A DNA stretch of 64,000 bases from Salinispira sp. (GTDB taxonomy: Bacteria; Spirochaetota; Spirochaetia; DSM-27196; Salinispiraceae). This document shows, in pieces, positions 48,803 through 59,167 of this stretch. The notes under the pieces were generated by a model. That model was not told where the DNA came from, searched no databases, and saw only the letters and a list, made by a program, of their open reading frames with translations. Every line of letters begins with the position of its first letter. Positions within the stretch are counted from its first letter, which is position 1. Position numbers and translations under genes: made by a program. Location: the NCBI GenBank assembly GCA_965602015.1, contig OZ271918.1, positions 192,001-256,000 of the forward strand, in the 5' to 3' direction.

Positions 48803-50254
48803 GTGAAGGGAATAGCGATTACCCGGGCTCTATCCGCCATCGTGCTCATGGTAGCCCTGTTTATGGTGTTTCCCGTATTGGTGGCGGTTTTTGAGGGTAC
48901 GCCGGAGCATATTATGGCATTCGTCTGGCCGGCCCTCGGAGCGATTGTGTTTTCCGGCGCCATCCTGCTTTCCACCTGGAACCACCGGGGCGATATTAAT
49001 CCCAAAAGCGGTTTCCTCCTGGTGAGCCTGGGATGGGTCCTGGTTTCCGCCTTCAGCGCCATTCCCTTCGTCATCAGCGGGTCTATTCCCTCCTACACCG
49101 ATGCGTTTTTTGAAACAATGAGCGGTTTTACTACTACGGGGGCATCCATACTCACGGCCATCGAGAGCATGCCCCGCCCCTTTTTGTTCTGGCGATCCCT
49201 TACTCACTGGCTGGGTGGAATGGGAATCGTGGTTTTGGCTGTTGCCCTCTTCCCCCTGCTGGGAATCGGCGGTCTCCAGCTCATGAAGGCCGAAGCGCCG
49301 GGTCCCGATGTAGACCGGCTTACCAGCAGGATTACCGGAACAGCGAAAATCCTCTGGCTGATATATCTCGGAATGACGGTTCTGGAAACCCTGCTGCTCA
49401 TGCTCGGGGGGATGGATCTCTTTGAGGCCTTGACCCACACCTTCGGGACCCTGGCCACCGGAGGGTTCAGTCCGAAAAACGCCAGTGTGGGCCATTATTC
49501 CAGCCCCTACATCCAGAATGTCATAACCGTATTTATGGTTCTGGCCGGAACCAATTTTATTATGCACTACCGGCTGTTAACCGGTCGGTTCAAGCTTCTG
49601 TGGCAGAACTCGGAACTCAAGGCCTATCTGGGTATTTTCGCCGTTACGGCGCTGATCATGGCCTGGAATCTCTATCGGGAAAATGTGTACGGGAGCTTTC
49701 CCACAGCCCTGCGCTACGCCGGCTTTCAAACAGCAAGCATAATTACCACCACCGGCTACGCAACGGCTGACTTTGCCCTGTGGCCCGGACTGAGCAAGGC
49801 ATTGCTTCTGGCTACCATGTTTATCGGCGGCTGTGCGGGGTCCACCGGCGGCGGGCCCAAGGTGGTGAGGATCATCGCCCTGCTCAAACAGGGTTTTACC
49901 GAAATGAAGTACCTGCTGCACCCCAGGAGTGTGTTCACCGTAAAGCTCAACGGCGCCAGACTCAGGAAATCCGTGGTGTACACCATTGCCGGTTTTATCG
50001 TGCTCTACCTGTTTTTCCTGATTCTCACGACCATTGTGGTGTCCACCGGGGGATATGATCTGGAAACCAGCTTTTCTACCGCACTGGTGACCCTGGGAAA
50101 CATCGGTCCCGGATTCGGGCTCGTCGGACCCAGCCAGAATTACGCGTTTTTTCCCGCCGGCGTGAAGTGGTACCTCAGCTTTATCATGATGCTCGGGCGG
50201 CTCGAGCTGTACACTGTTTTGGTGCTCTTTTCACCCCAGTTCTGGCGGCGTTAG
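48803..50254 (+). CDS. trkH: Trk potassium uptake membrane protein
   Basis: FETMSGFTTTG, WLGGMGI, TGGFS, GSTGGG.K, GNIGPG, GRLE. Confidence 0.93.
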   Translation: MKGIAITRALSAIVLMVALFMVFPVLVAVFEGTPEHIMAFVWPALGAIVFSGAILLSTWNHRGDINPKSGFLLVSLGWVLVSAFSAIPFVISGSIPSYTDAFFETMSGFTTTGASILTAIESMPRPFLFWRSLTHWLGGMGIVVLAVALFPLLGIGGLQLMKAEAPGPDVDRLTSRITGTAKILWLIYLGMTVLETLLLMLGGMDLFEALTHTFGTLATGGFSPKNASVGHYSSPYIQNVITVFMVLAGTNFIMHYRLLTGRFKLLWQNSELKAYLGIFAVTALIMAWNLYRENVYGSFPTALRYAGFQTASIITTTGYATADFALWPGLSKALLLATMFIGGCAGSTGGGPKVVRIIALLKQGFTEMKYLLHPRSVFTVKLNGARLRKSVVYTIAGFIVLYLFFLILTTIVVSTGGYDLETSFSTALVTLGNIGPGFGLVGPSQNYAFFPAGVKWYLSFIMMLGRLELYTVLVLFSPQFWRR

Positions 50255-50299
50255 GCAACCCATTTTGCCTTATCCTGAATAATATCGTAGTATTAATCC

Positions 50300-52219
50300 A
50301 TGAGCTCAGAGCCTCCGAAACCCGGCGGTGCGACGCTTGCCTGGCACCAACGTTTAAATTACCAGCTAGCCACCGTGATCAGCGCCATGGTTTTCCTGAG
50401 TCTGCTCATTTTGGGAAGCGTCAGCGCTGGCCTGACTCAGGAAGCCCTGTTGAGCCGGGAGTTCTACTATCTTTCGTCCTTAAGCCAAACCTACGCCCTT
50501 CATTTGTCCCAGCAAATCGACAAGACAAGGGCTATTGTGAATGCCTACTCCTACGACAGCAGCCTTCGGGATGCCCTGATTGACGAAGATACCAGGCAGG
50601 CGTTTTTCCTTCTTGGGTTCGCCCGGGAGGCATCGGCCTACCTTGAGGATATTGTTCTCGTTCGGCCCGACGGCCGGGTGCTGGTGTCCGGCAGTCTGCG
50701 GATGGAAGGTGAACGTATTGATGAATACCCCTCTTTTTTGGCCAGCCTGGAAAGCGGCCGGAGCAGCATCGGAACCGCGGCGGTTCTTTCAAGAGGACTG
50801 GCGCCGTCTATCGGAATATCCGCGCCGGTTATTCTGGACGGAGAGGTAATCGGAGTGTTGCTCGGAGTGTTTAATCTCGAGCGCTTTGGCATCGATGTCC
50901 TGACATCGAGCCTTACCCGGGATCAGGCCGAGGTGTTCGTCATTGACGAGTCGCGTCAGTACGTGGTCCATCCGAACCGTAGAAGGCTTCTTCAGGCCGT
51001 CGAGGAGGAAATAAGCGCGACTCTCCCTGAAGCATCCGGAAAAACCCTGCTGATGGATGGAGAACGGAGAATTTCAGCTCTCGAACCGGTATCAGTCCTG
51101 CCCTGGTATCTCGGAGTGCATCTGGATGCCCGATCGGTAAAGCAGCCTATACGCAGGATCATCATCGTCTTTTTTGTCCTTTCGCTGATTATTGCCATTT
51201 CCCTGTCTATGAGCCTGTTTTATTACCTTCGCCGGCTCATTGTCTCCCCGATTCTGTCCATGCGAGACCGGGTTGCGGAATTCGACCGCAAACTCGAACC
51301 GATTGTCCCCAGACTCGAGCGTCGTAATGAACTTCAGCTGCTCGAACGCCAGCTCTCGTTGATGTCCTCTGATATCGCCGAGCGCAACCGCAAGATCAGT
51401 GCTATTTACCGCCAGCTGTTAAGATCGGAGAAGCTCGCCTCTCTGGGCGCCCTGGTGGCGGGGCTCTCCCATGAGATGAATACACCCCTGGGAAACGCGG
51501 TGACTCTGGTGAGCAATTGCAGTCAGACGATAACTGATTTCCGCGATCGGGTCGGCTCCCAGAATCTCACCCGGACCGAGTTGGATAATTTCATCGGGTA
51601 CATCGAAGAGGCAGTAGTTCATGTTCAACTGAATATCAACAGGGCGGCGGGGCTGGTCCGCGATCTCAAGCAGGTGGCCGTTGATCAGGGAAGCATGAGG
51701 CGCAGGGAGTTTGACCTCAGGGAAGTTACCGAGGAGGTCATCCATACCATCTTCCACATGGTCAAGAACCGCCCCATAGAAATTACCAATTCCGTCGAGG
51801 GAGATATCAAACTCAATAATTATCCCGGTCCGCTGGAACAGGTAATCACTAACCTCATAAGCAACAGCCTCGCTCATGGTTTTGGCCCCGAGGATTCCGG
51901 TGAGATTCAGATTTCCGGCAAAAAAAATGGCGGGATGGTGTATCTGGAATACAGCGATGATGGAATAGGAATTCCCGAAGATTTGAGGGAACGGGTATTC
52001 GAACCGTTTTACAGCTCGAAAATCGGCCAGGGGGGAACCGGGCTGGGGCTGTTTCTGGTTCAAAACATCGTTAGCGGAGTGTTTAACGGTCATATTATTC
52101 TCGAGGCCGCTCAACCCCGGGGCGTACGGATTCTTATTGAGTTTCCCGCCGAGCCGCCCGAGTCACCCCGGGAAACCCTGGATTTTCTCTCTCTGTCGGA
52201 CCCCAGCAACATACTTTAA
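50300..52219 (+). CDS. Membrane sensor histidine kinase (Cache-like periplasmic domain, HAMP-like linker)
   Basis: EKLASLG.LVAGLSHEMNTPLG H-box; N, D/G1, F and GTGLGL boxes. Confidence 0.9.
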   Translation: MSSEPPKPGGATLAWHQRLNYQLATVISAMVFLSLLILGSVSAGLTQEALLSREFYYLSSLSQTYALHLSQQIDKTRAIVNAYSYDSSLRDALIDEDTRQAFFLLGFAREASAYLEDIVLVRPDGRVLVSGSLRMEGERIDEYPSFLASLESGRSSIGTAAVLSRGLAPSIGISAPVILDGEVIGVLLGVFNLERFGIDVLTSSLTRDQAEVFVIDESRQYVVHPNRRRLLQAVEEEISATLPEASGKTLLMDGERRISALEPVSVLPWYLGVHLDARSVKQPIRRIIIVFFVLSLIIAISLSMSLFYYLRRLIVSPILSMRDRVAEFDRKLEPIVPRLERRNELQLLERQLSLMSSDIAERNRKISAIYRQLLRSEKLASLGALVAGLSHEMNTPLGNAVTLVSNCSQTITDFRDRVGSQNLTRTELDNFIGYIEEAVVHVQLNINRAAGLVRDLKQVAVDQGSMRRREFDLREVTEEVIHTIFHMVKNRPIEITNSVEGDIKLNNYPGPLEQVITNLISNSLAHGFGPEDSGEIQISGKKNGGMVYLEYSDDGIGIPEDLRERVFEPFYSSKIGQGGTGLGLFLVQNIVSGVFNGHIILEAAQPRGVRILIEFPAEPPESPRETLDFLSLSDPSNIL

Positions 52220-52253
52220 TCACAGGGTACTTTTCGTTATACTGCTGCCAATT

Positions 52254-53903
52254 ATGGCTAAGTATCACGAAAACCTGTCCCACTGGGCAGATCAGAACGC
52301 ACAAAAAATTATCGGCAGCAGAAAGACCCCCGAGGGCACTCCGAAGAATCGCTATGTCTGCGCCTCGGGCATTACGCCGTCGGGTACGGTCCACATCGGA
52401 AATTTTCGGGAAATTATATCCGTCGATCTGGTACATCGGGCGCTCCTGGACCGGGGTGTGAATTCCCGGTTTATTTACAGCTGGGATGATTACGATGTCT
52501 TCCGGAAAATTCCGAAAAACATGCCAAAGCAGGATGTCCTTGAAAAATATCTTCGCTGGCCCATCGTGGATGTACCGGATCCCTTTGAAGCCGAGTCGAG
52601 CTATGCCCGGGCCAATGAGGTCGCGGTGGAGAAGGTCCTGCCACTTCTGGGAATCACCCCTGAATATCTCTATCAGGCGGAAAAGTACCGTTCATCTACC
52701 TACGCCGAGGGAATACGTCGCGCCCTGGAAAAACGTGACAAAATCCGGGAGATTCTCAATGAGCACCGCAGCACTCCCCTGGAGGAAAACTGGTGGCCTA
52801 TCTCGGTGTTCAGTTCATTTACCCAAAGAGATGAGACCACTGTCCTTTCCTGGGACGGCGAGTGGGGGATCAGCTACCGCTGCAATGACAGCGGCAGGGA
52901 AGAAACCCTGGATATCAGGAATGCGTCCGGGGTGAAACTGTTCTGGCGGATAGACTGGCCCATGCGCTGGCAGTACGAAGGGGTTGATTTCGAACCCGCC
53001 GGCAAAGAGCATCACAGCGCCGGAGGATCCTTCGATACCGCAAAGCAGATATCCGAAGCAGTGTACGGCTATTCGGCCCCGGTAACCTTTAAATACGACT
53101 TCATCAGCATCAAGGGGCAGGGGGGAAAGATCAGCTCTTCTCTGGGAAATGTGGTGAGTATTTCCGATGTGCTGGAGATTTATCAGCCGGAAATCGTCCG
53201 CTACCTCTTTGCGGGAACCCGGCCGAATGCGGAGTTCGCCATAAGCTTTGACCTTGACGTCATAAAGATTTATGAGGACTACGACCGCTGCGAGCGTATC
53301 TACTTCGGTCTGGAAGAAGCCAATGAAAAGCGCCGGGGCAAGGAGGGGCGGATTTACGAGCTCAGCCAGATAGACCCCGACTCCCTGAAACTTCGTGAGG
53401 AAGCGGCTGCCGGAACCATCATCCAGCTGCCCTTCAGGCATCTGTGCAACCTCCTTCTTATCCACAACGGAGATATTGCAGCGGCCATCGATTCCTTTCC
53501 CGGGGTCGCCGAAGCCCGCAGCGCCGGGACCTTCACACAAGAAGATCAGCTGCGTGCCGAAGACAGGGCCCGTTGCGCCTGGAACTGGATACAGGAGTAT
53601 GCTCCCGAGGACTTCCGGTTCAGCGTTAAAACCGGCCGGGAAGAACCCCTTGAGTTAAGCTCCGAACAGCGTTCGGCGGTAAGCGCCTTGAAGGAACTCA
53701 TCTCCTCCGGAATCGCCGACATTGACGATAAGGAACTGCAGGACCGGATTTACCAGGTCTCCCGGGACAACGGCATCGAGCCCAAGGATTTTTTCACCCT
53801 GTTGTACCTGCTGCTTATCGGCAAAGAGAAGGGCCCCCGTCTTGCGGGTTTCCTTAAGACCCTTGGCCCCGACCGGGTATTGGGCATCCTGAAGCCCTAT
53901 TAA
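52254..53903 (+). CDS. lysS: Lysine--tRNA ligase, class I
   Basis: HWAD, ASGITPSGTVHIGN, WRIDWPMRW, KISSS.G, KGPRL. Confidence 0.95.
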   Translation: MAKYHENLSHWADQNAQKIIGSRKTPEGTPKNRYVCASGITPSGTVHIGNFREIISVDLVHRALLDRGVNSRFIYSWDDYDVFRKIPKNMPKQDVLEKYLRWPIVDVPDPFEAESSYARANEVAVEKVLPLLGITPEYLYQAEKYRSSTYAEGIRRALEKRDKIREILNEHRSTPLEENWWPISVFSSFTQRDETTVLSWDGEWGISYRCNDSGREETLDIRNASGVKLFWRIDWPMRWQYEGVDFEPAGKEHHSAGGSFDTAKQISEAVYGYSAPVTFKYDFISIKGQGGKISSSLGNVVSISDVLEIYQPEIVRYLFAGTRPNAEFAISFDLDVIKIYEDYDRCERIYFGLEEANEKRRGKEGRIYELSQIDPDSLKLREEAAAGTIIQLPFRHLCNLLLIHNGDIAAAIDSFPGVAEARSAGTFTQEDQLRAEDRARCAWNWIQEYAPEDFRFSVKTGREEPLELSSEQRSAVSALKELISSGIADIDDKELQDRIYQVSRDNGIEPKDFFTLLYLLLIGKEKGPRLAGFLKTLGPDRVLGILKPY

Positions 53904-53960
53904 GCGCACGGTAGTCCGGGACACTCGTGAGTTTCAGATTTCCGGAAGAGGGAGAATGCG

Positions 53961-54692
53961 ATGAGCAGCGATGACTTGAAAAGAGCCTGCGGCTACGCCG
54001 TGGTGGACGAAGTGGTGCAATCCGGCATGAAGCTGGGTCTTGGCACCGGAAGCACGGCAAATTTCGCCATTGAGCGACTGGCCGAGCGCATTTCCAGCAG
54101 GGAACTGAGGGATATATCGGCAGTTGCCACAAGTTTTGGCACCCTTACCCTGTGCCAGGAGCTGGGCATACCGGTATACAGCATGAATGACAGCAGGATC
54201 CGCGGCCAGCTCGACCTCGCAATTGACGGCGCCGATGAAGTGGATTCCAAAAACCGGCTCATCAAGGGCGGCGGCGGCGCTCACCTCCTTGAGAAACTCG
54301 TCGAGTATAATGCCCGGGAGTTTTACGTCATTGTCGATGAGGGCAAGCTGGTTGACCGGCTTAACCTCAAATTCCCCATTCCCGTCGAAGTCATACCCGA
54401 AGCCCGGGTCGCCGTGCAGCGATCGCTGGTAAACATGGGATTTTCCGTCAAGCTTCGGATGGCCAAGGCAAAGGTCGGGCCGGTGGTTAGCGACAACGGC
54501 AACCAGATCCTGGACATCCTCTCCCCCGATGGCTTAGTCGACGGAGGACTTTTTGATCCGGCAAATCTGGAGAGAAGTTTGAACTGCATTCCCGGAAGCG
54601 TGGAAAACGGGCTGTTCACCCGGCGGGTTAATGCGGTATACATCGGCACTGAAGACGGAGTTCAAATCCGAAGAGCCTCCGCCGCTGAGTAA
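53961..54692 (+). CDS. rpiA: Ribose-5-phosphate isomerase A
   Basis: GLGTGST, DGADEVD, KGGGGA...EK. Confidence 0.95.
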   Translation: MSSDDLKRACGYAVVDEVVQSGMKLGLGTGSTANFAIERLAERISSRELRDISAVATSFGTLTLCQELGIPVYSMNDSRIRGQLDLAIDGADEVDSKNRLIKGGGGAHLLEKLVEYNAREFYVIVDEGKLVDRLNLKFPIPVEVIPEARVAVQRSLVNMGFSVKLRMAKAKVGPVVSDNGNQILDILSPDGLVDGGLFDPANLERSLNCIPGSVENGLFTRRVNAVYIGTEDGVQIRRASAAE

Positions 54693-55255
54693 ATCTTGGC
54701 GAACACCCGGGGGTCGCCCCCGGCGTCGGGGTGGTGAATCAGACAGAGTTCACGGTAGCGGCGAATGATTTCCCGCCGGCTCACGGGATCTCGAAGCCCC
54801 AGGGTTTCGAGATGTTCAGACCGGTGAACCCATCGTTCTATGCGGTTTTGGGCATCGGTCAGCATTGACTGTATTTCCTCTTCTCCGGTGGAATCGAAGT
54901 TTCTCCAGTCCAGATAATACTCTTCAAGGGGGTCCGCCGGGGCTATATCCCGATCGCCCGGGGTTTTCCAGGGCATAATGCGGATATCAAGGCAAAAGAT
55001 ATGGATGTCCAAACCCCTGGTCCGCCGCAGTTCATTCCTCACCACATACAGGCTGTGAAACAAGAAAAAATGTGACCGGAAAACTCGAAGCAGCGCATTA
55101 TTGCGGGAACCCTCGGTTTCCTCCGGGTCATCGGAGAAGGGGGGTACACCCCGCTGTTGAAGCAGCTTCATCAGATTGTATTCGCTGATACCCTCGGGTT
55201 GCCCTTTGAGAATCTCGTACACTGTATCAGAAAGCCGGGTGAAATATTCCCGCAT
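54662..55255 (-). CDS. DnaJ-related protein with C-terminal J domain
   Basis: F..HFFLFH.LY, YYLDW.N, HHPD.GG. Confidence 0.8.
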   Translation of the reverse strand: MREYFTRLSDTVYEILKGQPEGISEYNLMKLLQQRGVPPFSDDPEETEGSRNNALLRVFRSHFFLFHSLYVVRNELRRTRGLDIHIFCLDIRIMPWKTPGDRDIAPADPLEEYYLDWRNFDSTGEEEIQSMLTDAQNRIERWVHRSEHLETLGLRDPVSRREIIRRYRELCLIHHPDAGGDPRVFAKIYSAAEALRI

Positions 55256-55349
55256 AGTAAAATGATAGCCGCCGGCTCAAAAATGATCCAGCGGCTTGAG
55301 AACAGAGTGGAAGCCGGGCTGGCTGATTTTCCCAACCCGGATAGAAAGT

Positions 55350-56219
55350 TTAGCGGATAGTAATTCCTGCGGTGAAACTCAGGGTTGCGAGGTTGTTCAT
55401 GCCGTAATCATTTACTGCCTGTGTCCAGAAACGGTCTTCAAACTCGCTGACTCCTCTCGAAGTTCCCCCAAGAAATCGCACATTCACAAAACTGGAAACG
55501 CCCCGCTGAAGAGGAACGCTAAAGCGCAGGGAACTGTCCAAAATGCTCCCTTCGAATTCGAAATCCGCGCCATTAATAAAAGCCGCCGATGCGTACAGTC
55601 CCGTAGCTTCGAATCCCAGTTCAAACCCCGACTCGAACCGGTAATTGACCTGGGTGAACAGGGCCGGAACCAGCCCGAGGTTCTGGTTGGTGGTTGATTG
55701 GCCGCCGCCAACCTCCCTGAAGACAATCGACGCATTGCGGAATTGCAGGGCAGCTCCGGCGTATACGTCCAGGGAATCCGACGGGATAAAATCATATCCG
55801 TAGGTAAATCTCCAGAAGGGAAAGCCGTACTTCAGTTCCATGGGAGTTCCGGAAGCAAAGGTAACCCCGTCGATGGTGACGTCGTCCCTGAAGGTGACCT
55901 GGGTGTTTATGGTAAGGGGCTGGTAGAGGGTATTAATCTGGTGACGGCCGCCGAGAATCGCCCCGAGACGGACCCGGCTTACGGGGAAAAGGATTTCCTG
56001 TCCCCCCTGGGTGACGAAGTTGAATTGGCTCCCGGTATCCGCCGATGCCGAGGACTGGAATACGTGGCTCACTACCTTGACCGCTCCGCCTTCCAGGTCG
56101 GCGAAAACCTGGACTGGACTGTCCGGTAGATTGATGAAGCTGCCGGTCTGGGACTGTGCCGAGAGTGAAATGCTCGCTATCAGCAGAATGACGCCAGCAG
56201 CTACCAGAGGTTTTTTCAT
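55350..56219 (-). CDS. Hypothetical exported protein, possibly an outer-membrane beta-barrel
   Basis: Signal peptide; alternating amphipathic beta-strand pattern; GGAG RBS. Confidence 0.6.
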   Translation of the reverse strand: MKKPLVAAGVILLIASISLSAQSQTGSFINLPDSPVQVFADLEGGAVKVVSHVFQSSASADTGSQFNFVTQGGQEILFPVSRVRLGAILGGRHQINTLYQPLTINTQVTFRDDVTIDGVTFASGTPMELKYGFPFWRFTYGYDFIPSDSLDVYAGAALQFRNASIVFREVGGGQSTTNQNLGLVPALFTQVNYRFESGFELGFEATGLYASAAFINGADFEFEGSILDSSLRFSVPLQRGVSSFVNVRFLGGTSRGVSEFEDRFWTQAVNDYGMNNLATLSFTAGITIR

Positions 56220-56294
56220 TAGTTTCTCCTGTGATATTTCAGTATGTGATGAAACTACTGAAGAAATGTCCGCGAGGCAAGAAGATGTACGTAA

Positions 56295-56313
56295 ATCAGC
56301 TGTTTTCGGGGCA
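56295..56313 (-). repeat. REP-like repeat, copy 9 (G subtype)
   Basis: ATCAGCTGTTTTCGGGGCA. Confidence 0.88.
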
Positions 56314-56317
56314 GTAC

Positions 56318-56356
56318 AAAAAAACACCGACGGGAGCACAAACTCCAGTCGGTGTT
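56318..56356 (-). terminator. Rho-independent terminator of the rubrerythrin gene
   Basis: AACACCGAC...GTCGGTGTT stem with an adjacent A-run (U-tract on the minus strand). Confidence 0.75.
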
Positions 56357-56378
56357 ACCTATTGAGTCGGTAGAAATT

Positions 56379-56954
56379 CTACCAGTTTTCCCGGATCAGT
56401 TCAAAATATGCCTGGGGAAAACTGCACGCGGGGCATTTCTTGGGAGGCTCGGTGCCTTCATAGATATATCCGCAGTTGAGACATGCCCAGGTCACGGTTT
56501 CCTTCTTTTTGAAGACTTCGCCGTTTTTCACGTTTTCCATGAGGGCCAGGTATCGTTTTTCATGCTGTTTCTCGGCTACGCAAATTGCATTGAATGCTGC
56601 GGCCACCTGAGAAAAGCCTTCCTCTTTGGCGATTTCGGCGAACTCCTTGTACATGGTGGTCCACTCGTAGTTTTCCCCTGCTGCCGCGGCCTTGAGATTC
56701 TCCTCGGTGCTGAGAACCTGACCGGCGGGGAATTCCGCCTCTACTTTCACCTCGCCGCCTTCCAGGAAATTAAAGAAGCGCTTTGCGTGCTCCCGTTCCT
56801 GATTGGCGGTTTCTTCGAATAGCTCTGCTATCTGCTCATATCCCTCTTCGCGCGCCTTGATTGCGAAATAGGTATATCTGTTTCGGGCCTGGGATTCCCC
56901 CGCGAATGCGGTTATGAGATTTTTCTCGGTCCGTGTTCCTTTGAGACTAGCCAT
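56379..56954 (-). CDS. rbr: Rubrerythrin
   Basis: AFAGESQARNRY, EREHA, EKQHE, C-terminal CLNCG...CPAC; GGAGG RBS. Confidence 0.95.
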   Translation of the reverse strand: MASLKGTRTEKNLITAFAGESQARNRYTYFAIKAREEGYEQIAELFEETANQEREHAKRFFNFLEGGEVKVEAEFPAGQVLSTEENLKAAAAGENYEWTTMYKEFAEIAKEEGFSQVAAAFNAICVAEKQHEKRYLALMENVKNGEVFKKKETVTWACLNCGYIYEGTEPPKKCPACSFPQAYFELIRENW

Positions 56955-57067
56955 GTAATCCTCCTGTCTCTGGTAGATTGGTACCTTTACAGTGTGGACC
57001 AAATTTGTAATCAATGCAAATAATTTATTCTGAGTAAAAGACTTATGTATTCCGGGGGAATTACCGG

Positions 57068-57087
57068 GTGCCCCGAAAACAGCTGAT
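57068..57087 (+). repeat. REP-like repeat, copy 10 (G subtype)
   Basis: GTGCCCCGAAAACAGCTGAT. Confidence 0.9.
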
Positions 57088-57096
57088 TTTCACAGC

Positions 57097-59133
57097 CTAG
57101 AACTCGACCTCGGAAATATAATCCCCAAGCTGACGACGGCGGCGGCCCAACTCTTCCTCCAGCTGAGTTAGCAGAACCTGTATCTGCTCAATTCTGTCCT
57201 CCTGGGAGTTCAGGCTTTCGGTATATCGCCGGTAGAGAGCGCTTTCCGCTTCGAGTGCTTCGAGGTTGCGGATGATGCGGTCCTGTTCACTGTAGATCCT
57301 CCGAAGTTCGCCCTGCAGCGATGATATCGACTGCTGGGTTTCATCAACAGCCCTCCTCAACGCGGTAATTTCCGAAAGAACTGCGGTTTGACGCTCATCG
57401 AGCACGCCGCTGGCGATGAACAGTTCGAGATTGGCATCTTGCAGATTTACCAGCTGGTAGCTTCGCGACAGTTCGCGGGTTTCCAGAAATTCCAGGACGC
57501 TCTGTTCTTCGGCCGGCAAATCGATGATAAATTCCGCATAGCCCTCGTTATCGTCGAATTCAGGAGCACCTGAAATCTCCCAGCCCGGGCTGCGCCTGTG
57601 AAGCAGCCGCAAAGCCAGTTCCTCGTTGCCGTTGTTTTCTATGGAGTAGCGGTAGTTCCTCAGTTGCCGATATCTGGTTTCCAGAATCCCGCCGCTTGCC
57701 CGGATTTCGAAAATCGAGTCTTCCCGGTTCTGGTTTTGGCTTTTAATGCTTACCCGGTCTTCAAGGGCGTATTCGATCCGACGGGTACCGCCGGGGGCCA
57801 TGAAGTCGAGAATGGCTTCGCCTGCAAATTCCCCTTGGTCATATATGGCCATGGGGCCGGCGGTAAAGAAGTATCCGCTGCTGTTTACGATGTTCAATGC
57901 CCGGTATACCGGCGCATTCGCGTCGGACCGCCATGTGAGATAGCTTTCGACGTCCAGCGGAGCGTTTACTGTGGGAATCATGGCTGACTTTTGAGCGCCG
58001 AGACTCACTGGGCCCTCAATCTGATAGGAAAATACCGACGCGAGGCTACCGCTGATTTGGCCATCAGCCCGAGCCGGAGCTGAATCCGCAACTGAATACT
58101 CTTCGCTATGGTCGTCGGCGAATCCGTCATAAGCCCTCGGGGCTTCGGCGAGCATCGGCGCTTGAGCGGCCTCATTCCCGGCGAAGGACCGGGCGCTTTC
58201 CCGGCGAGGCGCGCTGGCAATGGGCGAGGGTACCGGGGCCGCGCTGAGTCCCGGCGGAGGAAGGTTTGGCCGCGAGACATAACGAGGGGTATACAGGTCC
58301 ATGACGAAGGAGACGGGGTTGGCGGTTGAAAGGTTGAGCTCTATGTCCCGCCAGTCTTCAGAACCGGTGTTTTCAATGACGGCCCAGCCCTGGATGGTCG
58401 AACCGCTGTTTCCGCTGAACAACCGGTAGCTTGGTTTCCACACGGGAGTGCTTCTGATGTAGGAGATCCGTAGCCGTCGATTTCCCAGCCCGCTATAGCT
58501 GATTACCACAGTTTTAAGCCCCCCGGAATCACCGATGAGCTCGAGGGCCGTCTCCACATCGCTGGATGCCTGTGCGGAGGGATAGCTGATTCCTTGAATT
58601 TCAGAGAGGGGGAGGGAGGTGATCTGCCCGCGGGACAGTAGGTTGACGTGTTCCCCGCTTCCCGAAGGTGAGCTGCGGTTTTCCAGGCCCATGATTACTC
58701 CGGAAATGCTCGATTCAGCGGCCTGCACCCGTACTTCCATTCCGCGGCTGCGGATTAACAGGTCGCGTATGCCCGGATTTCCGCTTAAATCAATGGACAG
58801 CCTGCCCAGGGTCCGGTTTATGGGATCTTTCGCGGGAAATTCGGCGGAACTGACGGTACCCCCGTCGAGATCCTGGACAACCAAGGTTTTGAGAATATCC
58901 AGCATATCTTCACCGGAAACCGGCATTTCCAGCGTACCATCTCCATCCACCACAGCCTCGTAAGTGACCAGGGAGGTTCCGTTGGTAAACATGGTTACCG
59001 AGTGCACCTCAGGTGCGTATGCCGGTTCAGCGCTGCCTGCGCCGAAGGCTGTCATTGCCAAGAAAAGGGACGTCAGAATAGGCAGAACGCGCTTTGACAT
59101 GGTCTCGGTGATTTTGACTTTGAGAGTATTCAT
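57097..59133 (-). CDS. DUF4139/DUF4140-like exported protein with C-terminal coiled coil
   Basis: V.MF.NG, W.PSYRL, QGWAVIENTG.EDW..I.L.L.T; start may be about 11 codons later. Confidence 0.7.
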   Translation of the reverse strand: MNTLKVKITETMSKRVLPILTSLFLAMTAFGAGSAEPAYAPEVHSVTMFTNGTSLVTYEAVVDGDGTLEMPVSGEDMLDILKTLVVQDLDGGTVSSAEFPAKDPINRTLGRLSIDLSGNPGIRDLLIRSRGMEVRVQAAESSISGVIMGLENRSSPSGSGEHVNLLSRGQITSLPLSEIQGISYPSAQASSDVETALELIGDSGGLKTVVISYSGLGNRRLRISYIRSTPVWKPSYRLFSGNSGSTIQGWAVIENTGSEDWRDIELNLSTANPVSFVMDLYTPRYVSRPNLPPPGLSAAPVPSPIASAPRRESARSFAGNEAAQAPMLAEAPRAYDGFADDHSEEYSVADSAPARADGQISGSLASVFSYQIEGPVSLGAQKSAMIPTVNAPLDVESYLTWRSDANAPVYRALNIVNSSGYFFTAGPMAIYDQGEFAGEAILDFMAPGGTRRIEYALEDRVSIKSQNQNREDSIFEIRASGGILETRYRQLRNYRYSIENNGNEELALRLLHRRSPGWEISGAPEFDDNEGYAEFIIDLPAEEQSVLEFLETRELSRSYQLVNLQDANLELFIASGVLDERQTAVLSEITALRRAVDETQQSISSLQGELRRIYSEQDRIIRNLEALEAESALYRRYTESLNSQEDRIEQIQVLLTQLEEELGRRRRQLGDYISEVEF

Positions 59134-59167
59134 AGTGTTTTCCTCGAATGACGGGATTTACGGTACC

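Noticed and set aside
50300..52219. Histidine kinase without an adjacent response regulator
   Set aside because: Orphan kinases are common; nothing else is unusual.
6945..57087. The 20-bp repeat as a CRISPR array
   Set aside because: Copies are dispersed and inverted, not tandem with regular spacers, and there are no cas genes in the window.
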